Assembly: GCA_046349715.1 (NCBI GenBank)
Contig: JAXMBR010000013.1
Coordinates: forward strand, 13,906-77,905
Direction of reading: 5' to 3'
From: Planctomycetaceae bacterium
GTDB lineage: Bacteria; Planctomycetota; Planctomycetia; Planctomycetales; Planctomycetaceae
Length of the DNA stretch: 64,000 nt
Positions 20,470-28,766 of this stretch are shown here, in pieces (position 1 is the first letter of the stretch; every line of letters begins with the position of its first letter). Both the position numbers and the translations under genes were made by a program. The notes below the pieces were generated by a model. It was not told the DNA's origin. It did no database searches and worked only from the letters and a program-made list of their open reading frames with translations.

Positions 20470-21118
20470 GCCCGTGGAATCGCATAGAGTTCGATCCGTG
20501 ATTTCCGGCGTCAGATTCGCGGGTCGGGCTTTCCGGAAGCTGCCGGTGAACACGACCTGATTCAACGGTTTTTGCTGTCGCCCCGCTTCATCGCGCTGCC
20601 GCAGACCCGCCGGGAAACCCGAGAGATCCTCTGCGGAGTACCCTAGCTGCGTCATGGCGGCCACGGCTTCATGCGTGGCGGGAATGGAAAGCACCGAACG
20701 GGCTTTCTCAGGATCGAAACCGGCCATGGGATGACAGGAAACCCCCTGCGACAACGCTTCGATGAATAGATTCTGCTGTCGCCAGGCCGACATCGTGAAA
20801 CGCATGACGGTTCGGCTTGCCGTTGCGGTCAAAAGCCAGCTTGGCCACGGAAATGACCAATCCATAGGCGTTTTTGACCCACTCCTGATTGGCTTCGGCC
20901 AGGCATCCCAGCATCGCCGCGAATTCCGTCGGTTGATCCTGTGTGGCCAGGCAGAATCCCCAGGGTTGTTCGTTATAGGAGGAAGGAGCCCAGCGCGCGG
21001 CTTCAAACAGGCTGCCCAGCACCGCCGGTTCGATTTTTTTCGATGTAAAGCAGACCGGGCTCCACCTGTCGCGAATCAGCGGTTGCAGCGGGTATTGAGA
21101 TTCTGCGGGCTTATGCAT
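20470..21118 (-). pseudogene. Nitroreductase family protein with one internal frameshift; 3' end uncertain
   Basis: MHKPAESQYPLQPLIRDRWSPVCF...ARWAPSSYNEQPW...NRHAFHDVGLA (ORF 20708..21181) continues as QNLFIEALSQGVSCHPMAGFDPEKARSVLSIP...QKPLNQVVFTGSF in ORF 20296..21006. The junction is near 20770-20780. The second frame has no stop until 20296, well inside the purD antisense. Confidence 0.65.
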
Positions 21119-21349
21119 CAAATTGCCTTCCGTCACGTGGTTCGATACTGTTGCATGGCGTCCAACTGAGCGCCGTCGCAACCTCGTCAGTCATTGTCGC
21201 AGCCGATCCGGAAAAAGCCAGTTTGGCGGGAATGAGCATGTTTGCGATGCGAAGTCTGACGCGGCGGCGAACGACGTGACGCCGGAAGAGGGAGCCGGAC
21301 GCTCCGACAAAATCGTTTCCGTCGGCCAGTACCGTCTCAGTGAGCTTCC

Positions 21350-22294
21350 ATGGTATCGAATCTTCGAGAGCCCCGACATTCTTTGCCCCGCGGCATCGTC
21401 TCTGTCGTTCAAACCCCCTTTGACGCTCAAGGCCGGATCGATCCCGAGAGCCTTCAGCGGTTGGTGGATGACGCCATCGATGCCGGTGTTGCGGGATTCC
21501 TGGCTCCGGCGGTCGCTAGCGAGGTCGCGGCGCTGTCCATGAACGAGCGAGAATCGCTGCTTCATCTGCTGACTGCGCAAATCCGCGGACGCGTGCCGCT
21601 GATTGTCGGCGCATCATCTGACGATCCCCAGCGTTGCCAGGACCTGGGACAATTGGCCGAGGAAATTGACGCGTCAGGCTGGTTGGTGTCTGTTCCCGAA
21701 CACGGTTACCGGCGACCTGAAACCGTGGCTCACTTTTTCCATCAGGTCGCCGCGGATCGCCGGCTGCCGCTCATTGTTCAAGACTTGCAGTTCGGCGGGC
21801 CGGGATTGCCAGTGGAAGAAATTGATCGCCTCCGTCGCGAAATCCCGTTGATCCAAGGCGTAAAAATTGAAACCGTTCCGGCCGGCCCGAAATACACGGC
21901 GATTCGCGACCGGTGCGGCTCCGCGTTTTACATTGCCGGCGGTTGGGCCGTCCCGCAGATGATTGAAGCCCTGGATCGGGGCGTGGACGCCATGATCCCC
22001 GAAAGCTCGATGGTTCGCGTCTATCAATCGATCTATCGACGGCACCAATCCGGCGATCGGGCCAACGCCTTGCGGCTCTTTCGAGAGTTGTTGCCAATTC
22101 TTTCATTCGCGAATCAGGAACTCGTCACGTCGATTGCGTTTTTTAAATTGTTATTGGTGCGCAAGGGAATTTTCGTCACGGACCAATTGCGTCTGCCGGG
22201 ATTCGCCTGGGACGCCCACAATCGCCGCATCGCCGAAGAGTTGATTGAGCATTATCTCCAGTTGGAACAACAGTGCGGCGACGGGGTCTGTTGA
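21350..22294 (+). CDS. Dihydrodipicolinate synthase / N-acetylneuraminate lyase family aldolase
   Basis: GIVSVVQTPFDAQGRIDPESLQRLVDDAIDAGVAGFLAPAVASEVAALSMNERESLL. Confidence 0.8.
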   Translation: MVSNLREPRHSLPRGIVSVVQTPFDAQGRIDPESLQRLVDDAIDAGVAGFLAPAVASEVAALSMNERESLLHLLTAQIRGRVPLIVGASSDDPQRCQDLGQLAEEIDASGWLVSVPEHGYRRPETVAHFFHQVAADRRLPLIVQDLQFGGPGLPVEEIDRLRREIPLIQGVKIETVPAGPKYTAIRDRCGSAFYIAGGWAVPQMIEALDRGVDAMIPESSMVRVYQSIYRRHQSGDRANALRLFRELLPILSFANQELVTSIAFFKLLLVRKGIFVTDQLRLPGFAWDAHNRRIAEELIEHYLQLEQQCGDGVC

Positions 22295-22318
22295 CGGCAT
22301 GGCCCGCATCCAGCCGGC

Positions 22319-22867
22319 TTATTGTTGATCGTCGCTCGCGATTTTCCGAAGAACCCGGCACGGATTGCCCGCGGCGACGACTCCCTCTGGAATGTCTTTC
22401 GTCACGACGCTGCCCGCGCCGATCACGGATTTCGAGCCGATTTTGACCCCGGGGCAGATGACCGCCCCTCCTCCCACCCAGACGTCCGAACCGATCTCCA
22501 CGGGCTGGCCGAACTCCTGTTGTCGACGCAAGCCGGCGTCAAGCGGATGGGTCGCCGTGTAGATCTGCACGGCGGGGCCGAACAGCGTGAAGTCTCCGAT
22601 GCTGACCTGACACACATCCAACACCACGCAATTGAAGTTGAAAAAGACGCGTTCCCCGAGGACGATATTCGACCCGTAATCGCAGTAAAACGGGGGCTGC
22701 ATCCAGACCGACTCGCCGCCGCGTCCGAACAGCTTCACGAGAATTCCCCGCCGCAAGTCCTGGTCGGATTCCTCGCCGCTGTTCAACAACCGGCAAAGGT
22801 CCCTCGCCCGGACCCGCGCTGCGGCCAGCTCAGGGTCATGCGGATCATACAACTCACCCGCCAGCAT
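22319..22867 (-). CDS. Maltose/galactoside O-acetyltransferase-type hexapeptide-repeat transferase
   Basis: MLAGELYDPHDPELAAARVRARDLCRLLN, then left-handed beta-helix repeats (IGSDVWVGGGAVICPGVKIGSKSVIGAGSVV). Confidence 0.85.
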   Translation of the reverse strand: MLAGELYDPHDPELAAARVRARDLCRLLNSGEESDQDLRRGILVKLFGRGGESVWMQPPFYCDYGSNIVLGERVFFNFNCVVLDVCQVSIGDFTLFGPAVQIYTATHPLDAGLRRQQEFGQPVEIGSDVWVGGGAVICPGVKIGSKSVIGAGSVVTKDIPEGVVAAGNPCRVLRKIASDDQQ

Positions 22868-23078
22868 CTTGTCCGTTTCGGTTCATGGGGCGCTCCGAAC
22901 CCGTACATCATCCTGACGAAGAGCACGGATCGACGACCGGCCGGCGGATGGCCTGCTTCAAATCACCCAGCGGCCACGCTCGCCGTGCTCAACCACTCAC
23001 GTGGAGATTAGCGGATTCTGTTCTCGACGGCAGCGTCCTGAGCGAATCAGGCCGCTTCCGCTCGGCCAGGCGTCAATC

Positions 23079-23912
23079 TCAATGCCCGTGACCATGCTTC
23101 TTCGGCGCCGCATGCTCTTTTTCTTTGGCAGCCGGCGGCGGAGCAGGGGCATGCTCGGCGGTCGCGGGAACGAAGTTGCCGGCCCGGCGATTGATGGTCG
23201 GTTTGAGTCCATGCGTCAATTCATCAATCGCCCAGACTTCCACGCGATCGTTCCGGGGGTCTTCCAGTTTATTTCCCTGGTTGCTGTAAGGTTCATAAGA
23301 ACCGTCCTGGCTCAATCGAAATCGCTGCGGTTCGATTCCGCAGGAAATCAAAAACTTCATCGTGTTGACCGCCCGTTCGCTGCTGATCGTCCAGGCATCG
23401 CGATCGCCAGCGCCGTTGTTGTTTCGCCGCTGAATGGCATGCCCGCGGACTTCCACTTTGTTCGACTTGCCGCGAACTTCAATCGCGAATTCCGAGAGTT
23501 GCCGCTGGGCTTCCGGGGCAAGTTCCGTGGACTCGGCCTTGAACAGCACCATCGTTCCCAGCGACCGCGACTTGTCCAGACGATCGAAAATGTGGATCGG
23601 CGGCCGGGCGCCTTCCACATGTGTGTCAGAATTCCCGCTTTGCGCGTAAGTTCCCTGTTCGCGCGTCGACGAACCGTGCGGGCCGGCTTGTTCCCCCACC
23701 AGCGCCGCATCGGCGCTCGCGCCCGGGATGCCATGCACGGACGAGGCCCGCGCTTCGCTCACCGTTCCCAACGGATTCTCAAAATATTGCGCGACAGATT
23801 CTTTGACGGCCTTGTTCTGGGACGTGATCCACATCACCAGAAAAAACGCCATCATGGCCGTGGCGAAGTCGGCATACGCGACTTTCCAGGCGCCGCCCCC
23901 TTTGCCCGCCAT
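23079..23912 (-). CDS. motB: Flagellar motor stator protein MotB (OmpA-like C-terminus)
   Basis: GGGAWKVAYADFATAMMAFFLVMWI and the C-terminal segment VEVRGHAIQRR...NDRVEVW. Confidence 0.85.
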   Translation of the reverse strand: MAGKGGGAWKVAYADFATAMMAFFLVMWITSQNKAVKESVAQYFENPLGTVSEARASSVHGIPGASADAALVGEQAGPHGSSTREQGTYAQSGNSDTHVEGARPPIHIFDRLDKSRSLGTMVLFKAESTELAPEAQRQLSEFAIEVRGKSNKVEVRGHAIQRRNNNGAGDRDAWTISSERAVNTMKFLISCGIEPQRFRLSQDGSYEPYSNQGNKLEDPRNDRVEVWAIDELTHGLKPTINRRAGNFVPATAEHAPAPPPAAKEKEHAAPKKHGHGH

Positions 23913-23966
23913 GTTCCCGCGTTCCTTTCAGTCCGTCGTGGTGAATCAAGCCGTTTCAGGCTGCGA

Positions 23967-24845
23967 TCAGGCCGCCGTGGTCGATGCGCCTTCGGCGCCC
24001 TTGAGCAGGGCTTCCAGTTCGGCACGGCGCGGCCGCGCTTCGGTTCCCACGCGCCGGCGGGCCTGCTCGACCAGGATTTTGGGAGGCGGGCCATCGCAAC
24101 TGGACGCGATCATATAAGCCACCGTGCGGAAATAGGCCGACTCGGCAGCCCCCAGAAATTCCATTCGGGACGCCAACGGCCCAAGGAATCCGTACGACAG
24201 CAAAATGCCAAGGAAGGTTCCCACCAGCGCCGTACCGACTTTATGCCCGATCTCTTCCACGGGGCCGTCGATGGCGCCCATCGTAATCACGATGCCCAGC
24301 ACCGCCGCCACAATGCCGAAGCCGGGCAGCGCGTCAGCGGCCTTCTGCAAGACGCCGCAAGCCGCATGATGCTCCTCGTCGAGGACCTGTAGCTCGGAAT
24401 CGAATAACTGCTGCAGCGCTGGGCCATTGTTGATGCTGCCTTCAATCAACGGGGTGAACCCGTCGCAGATGAAGGCCGTTACATGGTGGTTTTTGGCCAC
24501 CCGCGGGTATTTGTTGAAGATGGCGCTCTGATGCGGATCGGAAACATGCGGCTCCAGCGCCAAGAGCCCGTCGCGCTGCGCCGTCCGCAAGAGTTCATAC
24601 ATCAGCTGGAACGTGTCCTGATACATCACCTTGCTGAAAGGAGACCCCTTCACGCAGGCGATCATGGCGTGCACCAGATCGAACAGGACTTTCTTCGGGG
24701 ACATCACGATCATCGCCCCCAACGTCGCACCGCCGATGGTCACGAGCTCCGACGGATGGATCAGCGCGTGGACATGCCCGCCAGCCATGGAAAAGCCGCC
24801 CAAGACGGCCCCGATGACCACGATGCACCCAAGAATGACGATCAT
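23967..24845 (-). CDS. motA: Flagellar motor stator protein MotA
   Basis: I chose the ATG at 24845 (MIVILGCIVVIGAVLGGF). Also ALPGFGIVAAVLGIVITMG and TALVGTFLGILLSYGFLGP. Confidence 0.85.
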   Translation of the reverse strand: MIVILGCIVVIGAVLGGFSMAGGHVHALIHPSELVTIGGATLGAMIVMSPKKVLFDLVHAMIACVKGSPFSKVMYQDTFQLMYELLRTAQRDGLLALEPHVSDPHQSAIFNKYPRVAKNHHVTAFICDGFTPLIEGSINNGPALQQLFDSELQVLDEEHHAACGVLQKAADALPGFGIVAAVLGIVITMGAIDGPVEEIGHKVGTALVGTFLGILLSYGFLGPLASRMEFLGAAESAYFRTVAYMIASSCDGPPPKILVEQARRRVGTEARPRRAELEALLKGAEGASTTAA

Positions 24846-25117
24846 CCAGCTGCTCCCCGAGGACTGCGCGTACCACGGAAACATCGCCCAGTCGCAGGTT
24901 GCAATTTTGCCCCGAAAACGACTCCGGCAGGGATTGCCGTTTTCCCTGACACGCTCCCTGCGCATGCTGCCGGACGCGCCGGACGATTCGAAACTGCCGA
25001 CTCTGCCAGTCGTTTGCAGAATCGTCACAAGCGATCCATTCCGAACAACGGAACCGGGTGACCGTTTGCAGAGCCCGCGAGCAGTCTCGGCGAAATTGCG
25101 CGAAGCGACGGAAGACT

Positions 25118-26788
25118 TTATCGGTTCAGCCGACCACGAACCGCCTCGACGAGCCCTTTCACGGGAATCCGCTCTTGAACCAGCGTGTCCCGGTCGCGGA
25201 TCGTCACCGTGTCATCCGCCAGCGTCTGGTTATCCACCGTCAAACAGAAGGGCGTGCCGATTTCGTCCATCCGGCGATAGCGTCGGCCGATCGCCGCCTG
25301 CTGGTCATACGTGACGGCGACCCCCGCCCGTTTGAACTCCCGATAAATCTCGGCGGCCTTCTCGGGTTGGCCGTCCTTCTTCACCAGCGGGAAGACCGCC
25401 ACTTTGATCGGCGCCAATTGCGGGTGAAGTTTCAACACCACACGCGTCTGCATCACGCCCTTGTCATCCGGCGCTTCGTCTTCATGATAAGCCTCGCACA
25501 AGAACGCCAGCGTCGCTCGATCGCAACCGGCGGCCGGTTCGATGACGTGAGGCACGAACCGCTCGCGCGTCTGATCGTCGAAATACGACAAATCCTTGCC
25601 GCTCCCCTGGTACCTCGGCTTCCCGTCCGCCGTCTTTTCCACGACCAGTTGCCCATCCTGCTTGCACAACTTCCCTTCACTGTGCGACCGCAGATCGAAG
25701 TCTCCGCGATGGGCGATTCCCTCCAGTTCGCCGTATTCACCGGGCCCTAGGAACGGAAACGCGTATTCCACGTCCGCCGTCCCGACCGAATAATGCGACA
25801 GTTCATCCGCCGTATGCTCGCGCAGAATCAAATTGCCCGAGGCGATGCCGTGACGCACATACCACTGATATCGGCGGTCGCGCCAGTACTTGTACCAGTC
25901 CAGCGATTGCGATGGATGGCAGAAGAACTCCATTTCCATCTGCTCGAACTCGCGCGACCGGAACGTGAAGTTCCGCGGCGTGATTTCATTGCGAAAACTC
26001 TTGCCGATCTGCGCAATCCCGAACGGAATCTTCACCCGGCTCGAATCGCACACGTTCTTAAAGTTGACGAACATCCCCTGCGCCGTTTCCGGCCGCAAAA
26101 ACGCCGCGTCCTCCTCGCCCCCGAGCGCTCCGATGATCGTTTTGAACATCAAATTGAAGTCGCGCGGGTCTGTCAGCTCGCCGCTGCATTTGGGGCACTT
26201 GGGCACCAGCTTGGGATTGCTGGCCGACTTCTCCTTCAAGTCGTTCCAGCAATTGCTCAAGGTTGTCTGTTCGACGGTGCCGGTGACATTCGTGCCGTGC
26301 GCTTTGTTGTATTGTTGCAGCGTCTGATCCAAGGATTTGGCTTTTGACGCCGACAACCCTGTCCCCGTGACGTCGTCGCGCTCGAAGGTTTCGCACGCCA
26401 GCCACTCCGGCGGATCGCTGTTCGCAACGAGTACTGCGATCGCCACATGATCGAACCGAAACCGCGATTTGCACGATTTGCAGTCGACCATTTTGTCGAC
26501 AAACATGTCGTAATGCCCCGAGCACTTCCACACTTGCGGGTGCATGATGATCGACGTCTCCACGCCGACCATGTCGAAACTCGACGGCGCCCCCGGCGGA
26601 GCAAACAGTTCGTCGTGGTTGGTGATCATGTCCGACCACCACGCCTGCCGCACGTTCCGCTTCAGTTCGACTCCCAGCGGGCCGTAATCCCAGAACCCGT
26701 TCAGGCCCCCGTAGATTTCCGAAGACTGAAACATGAACCCCCGCCGCTTGGCGAGAGAGACGATCTTGTCCATCCGATTTTCAGGCAT
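25118..26788 (-). CDS. glyQS: Glycine--tRNA ligase (alpha2 type)
   Basis: MDKIVSLAKRRGFMFQSSEIYGGLNGFWDYGPLGVELKRNV. Start is at 26788 or 26773. Confidence 0.95.
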   Translation of the reverse strand: MPENRMDKIVSLAKRRGFMFQSSEIYGGLNGFWDYGPLGVELKRNVRQAWWSDMITNHDELFAPPGAPSSFDMVGVETSIIMHPQVWKCSGHYDMFVDKMVDCKSCKSRFRFDHVAIAVLVANSDPPEWLACETFERDDVTGTGLSASKAKSLDQTLQQYNKAHGTNVTGTVEQTTLSNCWNDLKEKSASNPKLVPKCPKCSGELTDPRDFNLMFKTIIGALGGEEDAAFLRPETAQGMFVNFKNVCDSSRVKIPFGIAQIGKSFRNEITPRNFTFRSREFEQMEMEFFCHPSQSLDWYKYWRDRRYQWYVRHGIASGNLILREHTADELSHYSVGTADVEYAFPFLGPGEYGELEGIAHRGDFDLRSHSEGKLCKQDGQLVVEKTADGKPRYQGSGKDLSYFDDQTRERFVPHVIEPAAGCDRATLAFLCEAYHEDEAPDDKGVMQTRVVLKLHPQLAPIKVAVFPLVKKDGQPEKAAEIYREFKRAGVAVTYDQQAAIGRRYRRMDEIGTPFCLTVDNQTLADDTVTIRDRDTLVQERIPVKGLVEAVRGRLNR

Positions 26789-26862
26789 GAGAATTTCGTT
26801 TGAAGATAGATGTGTCGATCTCTGCACAACCAAAACCGAAGAGCTACGCTCCCCGGTGAATG

Positions 26863-27615
26863 TCATTTCGCAACCGCAATCGTCCCGGTCGCCGCATCAT
26901 ACTCGGGGACCAGGCGAAACAAGTCAATACTGGCCGCGCGGGCGATCTGGTCGTCAAACCCCAGCCGCCGACAATTTCGACCTCCGTAGCTGTTACGCAT
27001 CGCCCGCAACAGTCCCTGTTCGGTTTCTGCCGCCTGTGCATAGCGAAAGAGCGCCAACTGCGCTTGGTCATCCGAGAGATCGTCATCGCGCTGATTCCAA
27101 CCCGCGAGCACGCCGTCCGCAATCGCCCCGGCACACAGCGCGTCCTCCTGCGTGATTTTCCCCTTCGTGCCCGCGCAGACGAGATGAATCGGCCGGCCGT
27201 CTGCCAATAAGACCTCCACCGTCGCCGCCAGGTTCACGAACGAACCGATGAGCACCCGATCCGCCCGCTTCGACCGCTCGATCGCCTTCGTCCCGTTCGT
27301 TGTCGTGAACACGATCGTCTTGCCCCGGACGGTCTCTTCCGAGTACGCGAAGGGATTATTGTCGAGGTCAAAACCGGGAATCGCCACCCCCTCCCGCTCG
27401 CCTCCCAGCAGCACCTGATCGGCCGGCAACGTCGCTTTGACCGCCAGCGCTTCGTCGATTTCCGCCGTGGGAATAACGCATTTCGCCCTGTTCGCGAGCG
27501 CGTGCGTCATCGTCGTCGAGGCCCGAAGAATATCCAGCACCACCGCGATCCCCCCGCGCAGCTCCTCCGGTTCAAAGAGCGCGGGCAGCAGATGAACGCG
27601 AAGTGTGCGTGGCAT
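26863..27615 (-). CDS. comB: 2-phosphosulfolactate phosphatase (ComB) family protein
   Basis: VVLDILRASTTM, LLGGEREGVAIPGFDLDNNP, VFTTTNGT and LVCAGTKGKITQEDALCAGAI. Confidence 0.8.
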   Translation of the reverse strand: MPRTLRVHLLPALFEPEELRGGIAVVLDILRASTTMTHALANRAKCVIPTAEIDEALAVKATLPADQVLLGGEREGVAIPGFDLDNNPFAYSEETVRGKTIVFTTTNGTKAIERSKRADRVLIGSFVNLAATVEVLLADGRPIHLVCAGTKGKITQEDALCAGAIADGVLAGWNQRDDDLSDDQAQLALFRYAQAAETEQGLLRAMRNSYGGRNCRRLGFDDQIARAASIDLFRLVPEYDAATGTIAVAK

Positions 27616-27764
27616 GGCGAATCAGTGACCGGGGAGAAATATCAAACCCGCGATCGCTGTTCATCCCCAGGCCCGGCGATCGCGCCGCCGGAGTCATCGC
27701 TCCGGTCGCCAGCCTTCCCGTTGTACCACCACCGCCGGAAGACTGACAACACTTCGGCAATGAT

Positions 27765-28766
27765 TCACGTTGATGGAATCGACGCCTGCTGATTCAACCG
27801 CGACAACTCTAACAGCAGCATTTCCAACTGATGAAAATAATCGTCTTCTTCCAGACCTGATTTTCGTTGCCGAAGCTCCAGAATCTTCAATTCCAGTTCG
27901 TCCCGCCGACGCCGAACGTCCGGCGGAACCTGCGCATCCCGCGCGCTGGGGATGAGATGCCATTGATGCGCCAGGTTCCCATCCACCGCATCCGCCGTTT
28001 CCACGTCGTCCTTCAGTTTCAATCCCTGAAAAATGTCCCCGCGTGTTCCCTGTTTGTCCCCATTGTCGTCCAGCAGCGCATGTTCCGTCTGCAAGCGGCC
28101 GTCAGCGGCATAAAATTCGGCCGTTCGCCGCGCAGCCCCCAGATACGCCTCCCACAACGACGTCTGATCGTCCTTGTCCAGATCGGCCTCCGGGTCTCCT
28201 ACCGCCGTGGCCAGGAACTCGCCGAAGCGAGTGAAATTCTCCTCTCCGCCGGTCTTCGTCGCCGTGATGACGATCCGCCCCGGAGCGGACAGCGCGGTCA
28301 AAAACGGCGCGCTCGAAGCCGAGCAATCGATCACCGCCACCGGCCGCGCCAGGGGGCGCAGCCACTCAGCCAGGTCGCTGGCCGAGAAATCCGGTCCGCG
28401 CAGATTGAACCGCGCCGTTTTGCGGTCGAATGTGCCATGACCAATCAGCACCAGCCAAAGCGGTTTTTCCATCTCACCCGCCGCGTCGCTCAACGCTTGC
28501 TGCATTCGTTCGCGGTCAGGTTGTTCCCCAGTCTGGTCTCGGCCGATGAACGTGACCGCTGCGTTCCCGCGTTGCGCCGCCGCCGTCCACCGAGCTCCCC
28601 AAGACTGAAACAGACTGCCATACTCCTCCGTTCCCGCCGCACCGATCACGATGATGACGTCGTTCGCCGACGATTTTGCATCCTCGCCATACAAACCCGC
28701 TGGAGCTGCGACCATCGCCAGCAAGATGGTGCATAATGTCACGGCCGACACACGCTGCTCGCTCAC
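27765..28766 (-). CDS. Secreted protein with a peptidase C13 (legumain)-like His/Cys dyad; last gene of the Bat-type operon
   Basis: The GTG at 28766 overlaps the upstream stop (GTGA, 28763..28766). Signal peptide VSEQRVSAVTLCTILLAMVAAPAGLYG. Also VIIVIGAAGTEEYG, LWLVLIGHGTFDRKTARFNLRGPDFSASDL, PVAVIDCSASSAPF and RIVITATKTGGEENFTRF. Confidence 0.55.
   Translation of the reverse strand: MSEQRVSAVTLCTILLAMVAAPAGLYGEDAKSSANDVIIVIGAAGTEEYGSLFQSWGARWTAAAQRGNAAVTFIGRDQTGEQPDRERMQQALSDAAGEMEKPLWLVLIGHGTFDRKTARFNLRGPDFSASDLAEWLRPLARPVAVIDCSASSAPFLTALSAPGRIVITATKTGGEENFTRFGEFLATAVGDPEADLDKDDQTSLWEAYLGAARRTAEFYAADGRLQTEHALLDDNGDKQGTRGDIFQGLKLKDDVETADAVDGNLAHQWHLIPSARDAQVPPDVRRRRDELELKILELRQRKSGLEEDDYFHQLEMLLLELSRLNQQASIPST

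Noticed and set aside
23001-24392. 463-aa ORF on the plus strand
   Set aside because: It is antisense to motB and motA, both of which have clear family signatures. It is R-rich nonsense.
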